Below are positions 17,541 through 27,092 of a DNA stretch of 64,000 nucleotides, in pieces. Both the position numbers and the translations under genes were made by a program. The DNA lies in NCBI GenBank assembly GCA_963764625.1, contig CAVXTH010000006.1:768001-832000 (forward strand), in the 5' to 3' direction. Within the stretch, counting starts at the first letter, position 1; every line of letters begins with the position of its first letter. The notes under the pieces were generated by a model. That model was not told the DNA's origin, did not search any database, and saw nothing but the letters and a program-made list of their open reading frames with translations. The stretch is from Candidatus Krumholzibacteriota bacterium (lineage in GTDB: Bacteria; Krumholzibacteriota; Krumholzibacteriia; JAJRXK01).

Positions 17541-18893
17541 TCAACGAGCTCGGGCCGCCCGCTCCCTACTCCGCTGCGCCAGTTCCTCGATGCAGGAGAG
17601 CCAGAGGCGCCCGATCCGCTGCTGCACCGCCGCGTGCGACATCGTCTCGTTCAGTACTTTGAGGGCGTGGAGCCGCAACGGGGGTCCGATCCAGACTTCC
17701 AGCCGGTCTCGGCGCAGCAGGCAACTCCACAGCCGGTCGGTCCCCCGCACGAAGACGGGTAGCATGGCCACCCCGCTGCGTTCCAGGAGGATCCCCAGTC
17801 CACGCTTGCCCGGAGCCGGATGACCGCGTGGTTTCCGCGTGCCCTCGGGAAAGAACATCAGGGACCCTCCGCCCTTCAGCGCCGCGATCGCTGTCTCGAA
17901 GGCGGCTTCGTCCCAGCGGCCACGCCGGATCGGAATGGAATCGAAGTGACGGATGATGCGGCCGAAGAGCCCGACGAAGAGCTCGCGCTTGGCCAAGAAG
18001 TGGAGCTCGCGGTCCAGGGCAGAGCCGGCCACCGGCGGGTCGAAATGGGAAATGTGATTGCTGGCAAAGAGCACCGACTCCGCCAGGTCCGCGTTTTCGC
18101 GGCCGAAGACGCGCATCCCGCAGGGACGAAAGAAGACAAAGCGAAGGATCTTCACCGCCCACAGATAGCTCTTCTTGCGGAAGTGGAAGGGCTGCAGCTC
18201 GACCCAGCTCGGGGGGTCGGGCCGACTCGCGGCCGCGAGCTGCGCCACTCTCTCCACCACCTGCTCGAGGCTCATCGCGCTGGTGTCGAGCACGTGCGCG
18301 TCGGGAGAGATGAGAAGAGGGCTGTGCTCGCGTTCGCTGTCGAGCTGATCCCTCCGCTGAATCTCCTCCATCAGCTCGGCCAGGCGCGCGTCGCTCAACT
18401 CCTCTTTTGCCTGGAGGAGGCGGCGCCGCGCCCGTACCTCGAGCGCCGCGTCGAGGTACACCTTGCAGCGCGACAGAGGAAGCACCACTGAACCGATGTC
18501 GCGCCCTTCGAGAACCGAACCGCTCGATGACTGCCGGCACAAGGCCCTCTGGCGCGCCACCATGACCCGGCGAACTTTTAGGTGCGCGGAAACCTGCGAT
18601 ACCCTCTCGGTGACTTCGAGCGAGCGAATCGCCTGGGTCCGGTCCTCTCCGTCCACTACTAGGGTCTCGCCGCCGAAATCGATCTCCATCGAGGCCAGTC
18701 GAGCGCTCAACGCGTCTTCGTCACCGGGCGCGATGTTCTCCCTCAGACTCAAGAGAGTGAGGGCGCGATACATCGCCCCGGTGTCGACGTGAACCAGGCC
18801 GAGGCGACGCGCCACCGCGGCCGCCACCGTGCTCTTTCCCGAGCCGGCCGGGCCGTCGATAGCGATCTGCAGGGGATCTTGGGCCGGATCCAT
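17541..18893 (-). CDS. cmk: Fused cytidylate kinase / 1-acyl-sn-glycerol-3-phosphate acyltransferase
   Basis: IAIDGPAGSGKST, DTGAMYR and EGRDIG, then in the same frame NHISHFD (HX4D), FLAK and FPEGTR. Confidence 0.88.
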   Translation of the reverse strand: MDPAQDPLQIAIDGPAGSGKSTVAAAVARRLGLVHVDTGAMYRALTLLSLRENIAPGDEDALSARLASMEIDFGGETLVVDGEDRTQAIRSLEVTERVSQVSAHLKVRRVMVARQRALCRQSSSGSVLEGRDIGSVVLPLSRCKVYLDAALEVRARRRLLQAKEELSDARLAELMEEIQRRDQLDSEREHSPLLISPDAHVLDTSAMSLEQVVERVAQLAAASRPDPPSWVELQPFHFRKKSYLWAVKILRFVFFRPCGMRVFGRENADLAESVLFASNHISHFDPPVAGSALDRELHFLAKRELFVGLFGRIIRHFDSIPIRRGRWDEAAFETAIAALKGGGSLMFFPEGTRKPRGHPAPGKRGLGILLERSGVAMLPVFVRGTDRLWSCLLRRDRLEVWIGPPLRLHALKVLNETMSHAAVQQRIGRLWLSCIEELAQRSRERAARAR

Positions 18894-20191
18894 CAGCGGG
18901 AAGAGCTCAGCGCGCTCAGGGTCTGAAAGAACTGGGGATCGCTCACACCGACTTCCTCGCTTTCCATCAACTCGCACTGTCCCTGATCGCGTCGCGCCAG
19001 TGCGCCCGTGGCCAGGGCCGCCGCCGCCATCACCATACGATGATCTTTCGCGGGCTGGTAGCGGCCAGGCGCGACCACCTCTCCCCCCGCGATCTCCAGC
19101 GCGTCGCCCTCGACCGTGGCGTCGACACCGAAATCGCGCAAGAGCTTGGCCATAGCCTCCAGGCGATTCGACTCCTTCACTCTCAGTTCGCCCAGACCCT
19201 CCAGGCGGCTCTTGCCCGGGGCAAACGCGCACAACACGGCCAGAGCGGGAATCTCATCGATGAGAGCCGGCACTTCCTCGGCCTTCAGGTGGATGGGCCG
19301 CAAACTGGAAGGAGCCGTCGCCACGAAGTCACCTCGTTCCTCGCCGGCGCTCGGCTCTCTCGCCCCCGCCTCGACCGTGATCCCCATCTTCTCGTACAGG
19401 GCGAGGAAAGCCGTCCGGCGCGGATTGCACAACATCTTCCCCAGTTGAATCCTACTTCCGGGCACTGGCATCGCCGTGGCCAGAATCAGGGCCGCGGCCG
19501 AGGGATCGCCCGGCACCGGCACATCTACGCAGCGCAGACCCTCCACCGCGCGCAGATGAATCCTGGTTCCCCGGGTCTCGATCCGCGCGCCCATGGCCGC
19601 CAGCATCCGCTCGGTGTGGTCTCGCGTGGGCCACGGTTCCTCGATCTCCACCTCCACCCGGCTCGCGGCCGCGGCCAGAAGCAGGCAGCTCTTCACCTGG
19701 GCCGACGCGAGCTCGAGGGTGAAGCGCACCGGCTGCAGTTTAGATCCACTGATGATCAGAGGAGGCGTACGCGCGCCGCTGGGGCCTTCGACCCTGGCGC
19801 CCATCTCGGTGAGCGGCCGCGCGATCCGAGCCATCGGTCTCTTGCTCAGACTCTCATCTCCAATCAGCGTGCTGGTGAAGGGTTGGGCGGCGAGCAGGCC
19901 GGCCACGAGTCTCATGGTGGTGCCCGAATTCCCGCAGTTGAGCGCGTCGGTCGCGGGACGAAAGCGTCCCGCGCGCCCTTCGATGGTGAAGTGTTCGCCG
20001 CTCTCTTTGATGACCACGCCCAGCTTGCGCAACACCTCGCGGGTCGAGCCGAGATCGAGGCCACGATTGGAGGAACTCACGAGGGCCGTGCCCTCCCCCA
20101 GGGCGTTGAGCAGGAACGCGCGGTGGCTGATGGATTTGTCGCCCGGAAGCACGACGCTTCCGCGCAAGGGGCCCACGGGCTTTTGCACCAC
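18893..20191 (-). CDS. aroA: EPSP synthase
   Basis: PGDKSISHR, GNSGTTMRL, SAQVKS, RDHTERML, ELRVKESNR, DHRM. Confidence 0.95.
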   Translation of the reverse strand: MVQKPVGPLRGSVVLPGDKSISHRAFLLNALGEGTALVSSSNRGLDLGSTREVLRKLGVVIKESGEHFTIEGRAGRFRPATDALNCGNSGTTMRLVAGLLAAQPFTSTLIGDESLSKRPMARIARPLTEMGARVEGPSGARTPPLIISGSKLQPVRFTLELASAQVKSCLLLAAAASRVEVEIEEPWPTRDHTERMLAAMGARIETRGTRIHLRAVEGLRCVDVPVPGDPSAAALILATAMPVPGSRIQLGKMLCNPRRTAFLALYEKMGITVEAGAREPSAGEERGDFVATAPSSLRPIHLKAEEVPALIDEIPALAVLCAFAPGKSRLEGLGELRVKESNRLEAMAKLLRDFGVDATVEGDALEIAGGEVVAPGRYQPAKDHRMVMAAAALATGALARRDQGQCELMESEEVGVSDPQFFQTLSALSSSR

Positions 20192-20199
20192 CTGAGAGT

Positions 20200-21318
20200 T
20201 CAGGATTGGTCCTCCCCGCGTAGGACGCGGCCCAAGGCGACCAGATAGAACTCGTTCTCGTCTTCGGTCCCGGTGTTCACGCGGAAGGATCTCTCCGGCA
20301 TGCCGAAGGGCTGCATCGGCCGCACGATGACTCCCTCACGCAGAAGCCTCTCGAAGAGATTGGGGACGAGCTGGGGCACGGTGGCCAGGTAGAAGTTGGT
20401 CTGGGAGGGCAGCACCGCCACCCCGAGTTCCTCCATCCCTTCACGCAGACGGCGCATCCGGCGTTGATTCTGCGCCCGCCTCTCGGCGACCCGCTCCCGG
20501 CAGGTGATCGCCTTGGCGGCGGCGGCCTGCGCGAGACGATTCACGTTGAAGGGCTGGCGCACGCGGTGCAGAAGAGCGACGATCTCCTCGCTTCCCAGGA
20601 GATAGCCGATGCGAAGCCCGGCCAGTGAGTAGCCCTTGGAGAACGAGCGCAGCGCAACCAGGTTGGGATGTTCCTCGCGCAACTTCGACCAGTCGGGAAA
20701 GTCCTCCGCCGTCACGAACTCCAGGTACGGTTCGTCCAGGGCCACCACGACCTCGCTCGGCACGCGCTTCAAGAAGGCCGCCAGCTGATCGTGGGTCACG
20801 TAGCTTGCGGTGGGATTGTTGGGATTGCAGATGAAGATGAGCCGGGTCTTCTCAGTGATCGCTTCCGCCATGGCGTTCAGATCGTGGACCCATTGCGCGT
20901 CGAGAGGAACGGCGCGACCCACCTCGAAATGAGTCTGCGCGATGAGACCGTAGATGGGAAAGCTGGGTTTCGCGTAGAGGACTTCATGTCCCGGCTCGAC
21001 CAACAGATGAATCAGAAGCTCCAAGATCTCGTTATTCCCGTTGCCGAAGAACACCTCGCTCTGGGACAGTCCGTAGAACTGCGCCACCGCTTGTCCCACC
21101 TCGAAGCAACCAGGGTCTGGATAGCGATTCAGATTCCCCACTTCACGCTGCAGGGCCTCGATCACTTCGGGAAAAGGACCGTCCGGGTATTCGTTACTGG
21201 CCAGTTTCACGATTCTGGGAATGCCCAGTTCGCGTCGCACCGTCTCAATGGGTTTTCCGGGTTGATACGGCGTGAGGTTCTTGACCGCCACACGCACTCG
21301 CTCGGAGATTGCACTCAT
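20200..21318 (-). CDS. hisC: Histidinol-phosphate (class II) aminotransferase
   Basis: YQPGKP, KLASNE, NRYPD, NPNNPT, RSFSKGYSLAGLRIGY. Confidence 0.9.
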   Translation of the reverse strand: MSAISERVRVAVKNLTPYQPGKPIETVRRELGIPRIVKLASNEYPDGPFPEVIEALQREVGNLNRYPDPGCFEVGQAVAQFYGLSQSEVFFGNGNNEILELLIHLLVEPGHEVLYAKPSFPIYGLIAQTHFEVGRAVPLDAQWVHDLNAMAEAITEKTRLIFICNPNNPTASYVTHDQLAAFLKRVPSEVVVALDEPYLEFVTAEDFPDWSKLREEHPNLVALRSFSKGYSLAGLRIGYLLGSEEIVALLHRVRQPFNVNRLAQAAAAKAITCRERVAERRAQNQRRMRRLREGMEELGVAVLPSQTNFYLATVPQLVPNLFERLLREGVIVRPMQPFGMPERSFRVNTGTEDENEFYLVALGRVLRGEDQS

Positions 21319-21374
21319 GGTTCGCACCTCGGGGAATGACGCCTCCGCTAAACTAGACGGCGCCCTCCCGTGGG

Positions 21375-22109
21375 TCAATGCGGCGGAATTCTCGCGGCGT
21401 TCTCGAGCTTCTCGAGCTCGGTTCCGAGCACTTCCCGCGCCGCTCCGGGCGCAAGCTCTCCCAGCTCCACCGGGCCGATGGCTTCACGCTGCAGTTCCAG
21501 GACCTCGCGGCCAAGGGCCGCGCACATCCGGCGAATCTGCCGCGTGCGCCCCTCTCGCAACTCCACCCTATAGCAAGCGCTTCCTTCGGCCGGGCCGATC
21601 TTGGCCGGCGCGGTGGGACGTCCGTCGAGGCTGAGGCCACTCTCGGCGAACGCGCGCTGCGCCGACGCGGAGAGCTCTCGATCCAGACGAATGCGATAGC
21701 GTTTCCATACCGGATGCGAGGGATGCATGAGGGAATTCGCGAGTTCCCCATCGTCGCTCAAAAGAAGGAGTCCGGAGGAATCCCGGTCGAGCCGACCCAG
21801 ATGGAAGAAACGTCCGTCCAGAAGTTCGGGCGGCAACACATCCAGCAGGCAGGGTGCCTGCCCCTGACGCGCAAGAGAAGAGATGACGCCCAGAGGCTTG
21901 TGGAAGGCGAAGACCCGGCCACTGGTGGCGGCCTCGACCGCCTTCCCGTCCAGTTCCACCCTGTCGTGCCTGGGATCGACTCGAGTCGCGAGTTCGTGCA
22001 CGACTTCGCCGTTCAGACGAATCCTACCCTCGCGGATCAGGTCTTCCACCCGACGGCGCGAGCCCAAACCCGCCTGGGAGAGAAAGCGGTTAATCCGCAG
22101 CGCCTTCAC
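21375..22109 (-). CDS. rluB: rRNA pseudouridine synthase (RsuA/RluB family)
   Basis: S4 domain, GRLDRDSSGLLL, EGRTRQIRRM. Follows scpB. Confidence 0.85.
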   Translation of the reverse strand: MKALRINRFLSQAGLGSRRRVEDLIREGRIRLNGEVVHELATRVDPRHDRVELDGKAVEAATSGRVFAFHKPLGVISSLARQGQAPCLLDVLPPELLDGRFFHLGRLDRDSSGLLLLSDDGELANSLMHPSHPVWKRYRIRLDRELSASAQRAFAESGLSLDGRPTAPAKIGPAEGSACYRVELREGRTRQIRRMCAALGREVLELQREAIGPVELGELAPGAAREVLGTELEKLENAARIPPH

Positions 22110-22764
22110 TGCGGCTCAAGCTCGCTTCGGAATCGGCGGCTTCGGGCGCCACGTCTTCCAGTGGCTGAGGCGGATTCACGACCGCTTCGAATTCTTCGTC
22201 GGTGATCTCTTCGCCCAGGATGACCGCGAGCTGCTTGATCTCCTCTTTCTCCGCGAGAAGGTCCTCGAGCTCGCTCAAGCGCGGCAGCTCTTTCAGGCTG
22301 CGCAGCCCCAGGTACTCCAGGAAAATGGAGGTGGTGCCGTAGAGGAGCGGGCTCCCCAGACCCTCCGCCCTCCCCACGATTTCCACCAGCTCGCGCTCCA
22401 TGAGGGTTCCGAGCACGCCCTGGGCCTGGATGCCGCGGATCTCCTCGATCTCCAGCCGCGTCACCGGCTGCTTGTAGGCGATAATCGAGAGCACTTCCAA
22501 CGCCGGCTTCGAGAGCCGCAGCTTTCGGCGACCCTTGTAGAGTCTCTTGACCGTGGGGGCGTATTCCGGACGGGTGGCAATGCTGTACCCCCCGCCGAAT
22601 TCCACGATGGTGAATGCGTGTTCGTCGCGGTCGTATTCGGCCCGCAATTCGTCCAAGGCACTCTTGAGAGCGCTTCGTTCCACCTGGGGAAAGAAGCCCG
22701 AGAGTCGCGCGAGGCTGAGCGGTTGATCGGTCGCAAAGAGAAGAGCTTCGAGCTCACGTCGCAT
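22090..22764 (-). CDS. scpB: SMC-Scp complex subunit ScpB
   Basis: LEALLFA, LSKPALEVLSIIAYKQPVTRLEIEEIRG, LYGTT. Confidence 0.95.
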   Translation of the reverse strand: MRRELEALLFATDQPLSLARLSGFFPQVERSALKSALDELRAEYDRDEHAFTIVEFGGGYSIATRPEYAPTVKRLYKGRRKLRLSKPALEVLSIIAYKQPVTRLEIEEIRGIQAQGVLGTLMERELVEIVGRAEGLGSPLLYGTTSIFLEYLGLRSLKELPRLSELEDLLAEKEEIKQLAVILGEEITDEEFEAVVNPPQPLEDVAPEAADSEASLSRSEGAAD

Positions 22765-23755
22765 GGCTTGCCTTCTGCTCGACGGTTTCAGTTGGTTGCT
22801 TCGCCCTCTTGCGCTTGGCTCCATTGCCACGGGGGTCCGAGGACTTGGCGACTTCGGCAGGATAGAGCCAGATCTCTCCATAGGGGTCGATCTGGCGCGC
22901 CCACAGAAGTCCTTGGCGGATGAGTTCGAGCATGGCCACGAAGGTCACCACGACTTCCATCTTGCACGAGGCCGAGGTGAAGATCTCGTCGAAGCGAACT
23001 CCCTTGGTCTCGGCGAGCAAACCCTGCAGTTTCTCCGCCTGTTCCTCGACCGTGTACACCATGTTGTAGACGTGGTGCAGCTGATCGCCTTTGAGGGAAT
23101 CGAGGATCTCTTTCACCGAGCCCAACAGATCGAACAAGGACAAACTGAACTCGGCCGGCTCCTGGGGAATCTGATCGCGGAAGGGATATTCGAGGGGCCT
23201 CAGGAAATACTGGCGCCGCTGTTCTTCCGCCTCGGCGAGGGAGTGGGCTGCTTCCTTGTATTTCTTGTACTCCAGGAGACGACGCACCAGTTCGTCCCGG
23301 GGATCCGCACCGTCATCCTCCTCATCCGGTCTCTGGACCGGCAACAGGAGGCGGGCCTTGATCCGCATGAGGGTCGCCGCCATCACCAGAAATTCCCCGG
23401 CGTTTTCCAGATCGAGAGTATGAAGGTCCTCGATGAACACCAGGTACTGTTCGGTGATGTGGGCGATGGGAATGTCGTAGATGTCGATCTCGTCGCGCTG
23501 GATGAGGTACAGCAGGAGATCGAGGGGACCCTCGAAGCGGTCGAGCTGGATGGTGTAGCCCCCGTTCCGGCTGCCTCCGGGAGCCTGACTCGCCTCCCAT
23601 CCGGATACGGCGGAATCACTCTTGACGGCAGCAGCGTTCTCGCCTGCGCGAGGGAGGATCATCGGCGGCTCCAAGACTGCGGTGAGCCCCTGCGCTTTGG
23701 TCCGGGAATCGCCGGCCGAAGCTCCGCTGGGCTCTGGTTGGTGGGGCTTGCGCAA
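22754..23755 (-). CDS. scpA: Segregation/condensation protein A
   Basis: FEGPLDLLLYLI, EFLVMAATL, VVTFVAMLEL. Start codon uncertain. Confidence 0.93.
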   Translation of the reverse strand: MRKPHQPEPSGASAGDSRTKAQGLTAVLEPPMILPRAGENAAAVKSDSAVSGWEASQAPGGSRNGGYTIQLDRFEGPLDLLLYLIQRDEIDIYDIPIAHITEQYLVFIEDLHTLDLENAGEFLVMAATLMRIKARLLLPVQRPDEEDDGADPRDELVRRLLEYKKYKEAAHSLAEAEEQRRQYFLRPLEYPFRDQIPQEPAEFSLSLFDLLGSVKEILDSLKGDQLHHVYNMVYTVEEQAEKLQGLLAETKGVRFDEIFTSASCKMEVVVTFVAMLELIRQGLLWARQIDPYGEIWLYPAEVAKSSDPRGNGAKRKRAKQPTETVEQKASHAT

Positions 23756-23779
23756 GCTAGCAGAGGGCGCGCACGCACG

Positions 23780-24733
23780 TCAACCCTCCTCCCTCTTGTG
23801 CCTTCGGGCCCGGGGATGGTGCAAGAGGTGCTGCTCGCGCACGTAATCGCGGTCGAGGTGGGTGTAGATCTGGGTAGTCGCGACACTGCTATGCCCCAGG
23901 AGTTCCTGGACCACTCTCAGGTCCGCCCCGCCCAAAAGGAGATGGGTGGCGAAGGAGTGACGGAGTACGTGGGGCGTGACTCGATCCGCCAGCCCCGCGG
24001 CCCGCGCGTGCTTGCGTAAAATCTTCCACAACCCCACGCGGCTCAATCCGCCTCCGCGCGCGTTCACGAACACTCTCTCCTTCGCCGCCGCCTTGACCAG
24101 AAGAGGGCGGGCCTCGCGCAAGTACTCGATGAGCGCCGCCCGCGCCGGCCCTCCCAGGGGGATCTGTCGTTCCTTGTTCCCCTTGCCCCGAACCCTCACC
24201 AGGGCCTGCTGGAGGTCGACGCCCCGCCGGGGGAGCCCGCACAGCTCGCTGGCGCGCAAACCGCAGGCGTAGAGGAGCTCCAGAATCGCCCGGTCACGAA
24301 CTCCCAGAGGAGTCGAAGCGACCGGGACCTCGAGCAGTCGCAGGACCTCCTCCACCCGGAGGGTGTGGGGAAGTTTACGCGGAAGCTTCGGACCGCTCAG
24401 ATTCTCGGTGGGATCCCGTAAGGCGAGTCCGGCCTCGCTGAGGTAGCGGTGGTAGCCCTTCAGCGTGGAGAGAAGCCGGGACCGGCTCCGCGCGCCCAGA
24501 CCGTTCGCTTCCCGGTGGCTCAAAAAGGACAGCACCAGCTCGCTTCCCACTTCGCTGGGTTCGCGCACTCCCTCGCCTTCAAGATAATCCAGGTAGTCCC
24601 TGAGATCGCGCGAGTAGCTCTCGAGGGTGTTGGGTGAAGCTCCCTGCTCCACGTCCAGCGCCAGAAGAAACGCGTCGCCCGCCAAGAGAAAGGGCGAAGG
24701 TCGATCTCCTTTTGTAGCCGGCAAACGCACCAT
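23780..24733 (-). CDS. xerD: Site-specific tyrosine recombinase XerD
   Basis: LELLYACGLRASEL, GKGNKER, PHVLRHSFATHLL, LGH, TTQIYTH. Lies upstream of scpA. Confidence 0.85.
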   Translation of the reverse strand: MVRLPATKGDRPSPFLLAGDAFLLALDVEQGASPNTLESYSRDLRDYLDYLEGEGVREPSEVGSELVLSFLSHREANGLGARSRSRLLSTLKGYHRYLSEAGLALRDPTENLSGPKLPRKLPHTLRVEEVLRLLEVPVASTPLGVRDRAILELLYACGLRASELCGLPRRGVDLQQALVRVRGKGNKERQIPLGGPARAALIEYLREARPLLVKAAAKERVFVNARGGGLSRVGLWKILRKHARAAGLADRVTPHVLRHSFATHLLLGGADLRVVQELLGHSSVATTQIYTHLDRDYVREQHLLHHPRARRHKREEG

Positions 24734-24735
24734 GC

Positions 24736-26562
24736 TCAGCTGTTCCTCCGGTTGAAGAACGCGAGGATGCGTTCGGCGTCGCCGTTTCCGATCCCCTCGA
24801 CCGCGGTCAGATCCCGCGCCTTGGCCTTGGCGACTTCATCCACCGATCCGAAACGCAGCAGGAGTGCTCGTTTCTTCTTGGCTCCGATCCCGGGAATCTC
24901 GTCGAGCAGGCTCTTCTTCATTTCCTTGCCACGCAGATTGCGGTGGTAGCTCACGGCGAAACGATGGGCCTCGTCGCGCGCTCGTTGCAGCAGCTTCAAG
25001 CCAGTGGAACTCCTGGGCAGACGCACCGGATCTCGCTGCTTCGGCAGGTAGATTTCCTCGTGTTTCTTGGCCAATCCCACTACCGCGGTTTCGACGAATC
25101 CGTAGCGGCTCAGGGTGGAGACCGCAACCGAAAGCTGCCCCGCTCCGCCGTCCACCACCACCAGGTCGGCCGGGAGTTTGTCCTCGTCGCGCAGACGGCT
25201 GTAATAGCGCTCCAGGACCTCCTGCATCATCGCGAAGTCGTCGATGCCTTCGGCCTGTTGGATCCGAAAACGGCGGTAGCGGCTCTTGAGCGGCTCACCC
25301 GCCTGAAAGTAGACCAGTGAACCGACGCGCTTGCTCCCCTGAATGTGACTCATGTCGAAACACTCGATGCTCCACGGCGCCACCGGCAGGTTGAGACGCT
25401 GCTTGAGATCCAGGACCGAGGGCACCTCCTTGCGCTGGGGAGTGGTGCGGCCCAATCGCTCGCGCAGCTTCCAGCGCGCGTTGGAGCAGGCCATTTCGAC
25501 CAGGCGTTTCGCCTTGCCGCGCTGCGCCACGCGCAGATGCACCCGCCGCCCCAGACGTTCCCCCAGGACCTCCTCCCAGTGCTCCATCTGTGGGATCTCC
25601 TGCAGCAGCATCACCTCTCGCCCCCCGTGGCGCTGGCTGCTGAAGACCGAAGAGGTGAAGCGCTGAAAGAACTCCTCGAGCTCGCTCTCCCGCGAGGACG
25701 AGAAGAAGTAAGCCTCGGAGTGGAGGAGCTTCCCGTCGCGCACTCGCAGCACCACCCCGCACGCCTGCCTTCCTTCGCGATCGAGCCCAAAAGCGTCGAC
25801 CTCGCGCCCTTCGTCCCAAACTACCTCCTGCCGGGAGTCGAGTCGCCGCACCGCCTCGATCTGGTCCCGTAGTCGCGCCGCTTCTTCGAATCGGAGCGCC
25901 TCGCTGGCCGCGTTCATCCGCTGAGCAAGCGTGTCGAGCAGGCCGCGGCTTTGGCCGGAGAGAAAGAGCCGCACTTGCTCCACCAGGGCCGCGTAGGATT
26001 CGCGGTCGATATAGTTCACGCAGGGGGCATCGCAACGTTTGATGTGGTAGTCCAGGCACGGCCGCGGAACGATCTCCTCGGGCAAGCGCAGCGCGCAGGT
26101 GCGGATGCGAAACACCTGACCGATGGTCTTGAGAGTCTGCCGCATGGCCTTCGCATTGGTATAGGGCCCGTAGTATTCCTCCCCGTCGTCCTTGGGCCTG
26201 CGCACCACGCTGAGGCGGGGAAAGGGTTCCTTCACGCTCAGCTTCAGCCAGGGATAGCGCTTGTCATCCTTGAGCCTGATGTTGTACCGCGGCTTGAATT
26301 CCTTGATCAGCTGGTCCTCGAGAAGCAAGGCCTCGCGCTCGTTGGTGGTGACCACGTAGTCAAAATCGGCGATCCGGCGGGCCAGGGAGGCCGTCTTGGT
26401 GTCGAGCGTGCTCTCTGGCGCGAAGTAGGAACGGACGCGAACCGCCAAGCGCGCCGCCTTCCCCACGTAGATCACCCGGCCGTGCTCGTCCTTCATGAGG
26501 TACACGCCGGGCGACTCGGAGAGTCCCTCGAGTTTCGAAAAGAGAGGGTGCTCAGGATTCAT
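24736..26562 (-). CDS. uvrC: Excinuclease ABC subunit C
   Basis: PGVY..YVGKA..RVRSYF (GIY-YIG), DGGAGQL, RDEAHRFA, HhH tail. Confidence 0.96.
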   Translation of the reverse strand: MNPEHPLFSKLEGLSESPGVYLMKDEHGRVIYVGKAARLAVRVRSYFAPESTLDTKTASLARRIADFDYVVTTNEREALLLEDQLIKEFKPRYNIRLKDDKRYPWLKLSVKEPFPRLSVVRRPKDDGEEYYGPYTNAKAMRQTLKTIGQVFRIRTCALRLPEEIVPRPCLDYHIKRCDAPCVNYIDRESYAALVEQVRLFLSGQSRGLLDTLAQRMNAASEALRFEEAARLRDQIEAVRRLDSRQEVVWDEGREVDAFGLDREGRQACGVVLRVRDGKLLHSEAYFFSSSRESELEEFFQRFTSSVFSSQRHGGREVMLLQEIPQMEHWEEVLGERLGRRVHLRVAQRGKAKRLVEMACSNARWKLRERLGRTTPQRKEVPSVLDLKQRLNLPVAPWSIECFDMSHIQGSKRVGSLVYFQAGEPLKSRYRRFRIQQAEGIDDFAMMQEVLERYYSRLRDEDKLPADLVVVDGGAGQLSVAVSTLSRYGFVETAVVGLAKKHEEIYLPKQRDPVRLPRSSTGLKLLQRARDEAHRFAVSYHRNLRGKEMKKSLLDEIPGIGAKKKRALLLRFGSVDEVAKAKARDLTAVEGIGNGDAERILAFFNRRNS

Positions 26563-26608
26563 TGCAGGCCGCCGAGAGTCCGCATCTTGCCAACCCAGGC
26601 GCCCCGGC

Positions 26609-26637
26609 TTGACAGGCAGGGGCCCTTGGGCTATCGT
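26609..26637 (+). promoter_or_regulatory. Sigma70 promoter for rpsT
   Basis: TTGACA-17 nt-TATCGT. Confidence 0.7.
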
Positions 26638-26723
26638 TTTGCCCGCTCTCCCTCGGGAGAGTTCTCTTATACATAGCTCGAATCCGTCGCTCAGTGCGAC
26701 TTCAAAGTCAAGGATGGTCCGCG

Positions 26724-26987
26724 GTGCCTCACAACAAGTCGGCGAAGAAGCGTGTGAAGACCAATGAACTGAGGCGTCAGCGCAACGTTGCGCGCGGAAG
26801 CCGTCTGCGTCACGCGATTCGCGATCTCCGCCAGCATTCCACGACAGAGGGCGCGGCCAAGGAAGAGCTGATGCTCGAGTTCCGGAAAGTCAGTGGGCTC
26901 TTGGACAAGATGGCGAACAAGGGATTCATTCACAAGAACAAGGCCGCCCGGCTCAAGAGCCGCCTCGTGCCCCGCGCCGAATCCTGA
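26724..26987 (+). CDS. rpsT: 30S ribosomal protein S20
   Basis: PHNKSAKKRVKT..RRQRN..LDKMANKGFIHKNKAARLKSRL. Confidence 0.95.
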   Translation: MPHNKSAKKRVKTNELRRQRNVARGSRLRHAIRDLRQHSTTEGAAKEELMLEFRKVSGLLDKMANKGFIHKNKAARLKSRLVPRAES

Positions 26988-27021
26988 CTCCGCTCCCCGT
27001 TTTGATTTCGGTTTCTTGGAC

Positions 27022-27046
27022 ACGCCAGCCTCGAGCTGGCGTTTTC
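27022..27046 (+). terminator. Intrinsic terminator after rpsT
   Basis: ACGCCAGC-ctcga-GCTGGCGT followed by TTT. Confidence 0.7.
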
Positions 27047-27092
27047 CATATCCCCGCTCCTTCTACCCCTGGCTTGCGGTTCAGGCTCCGCC

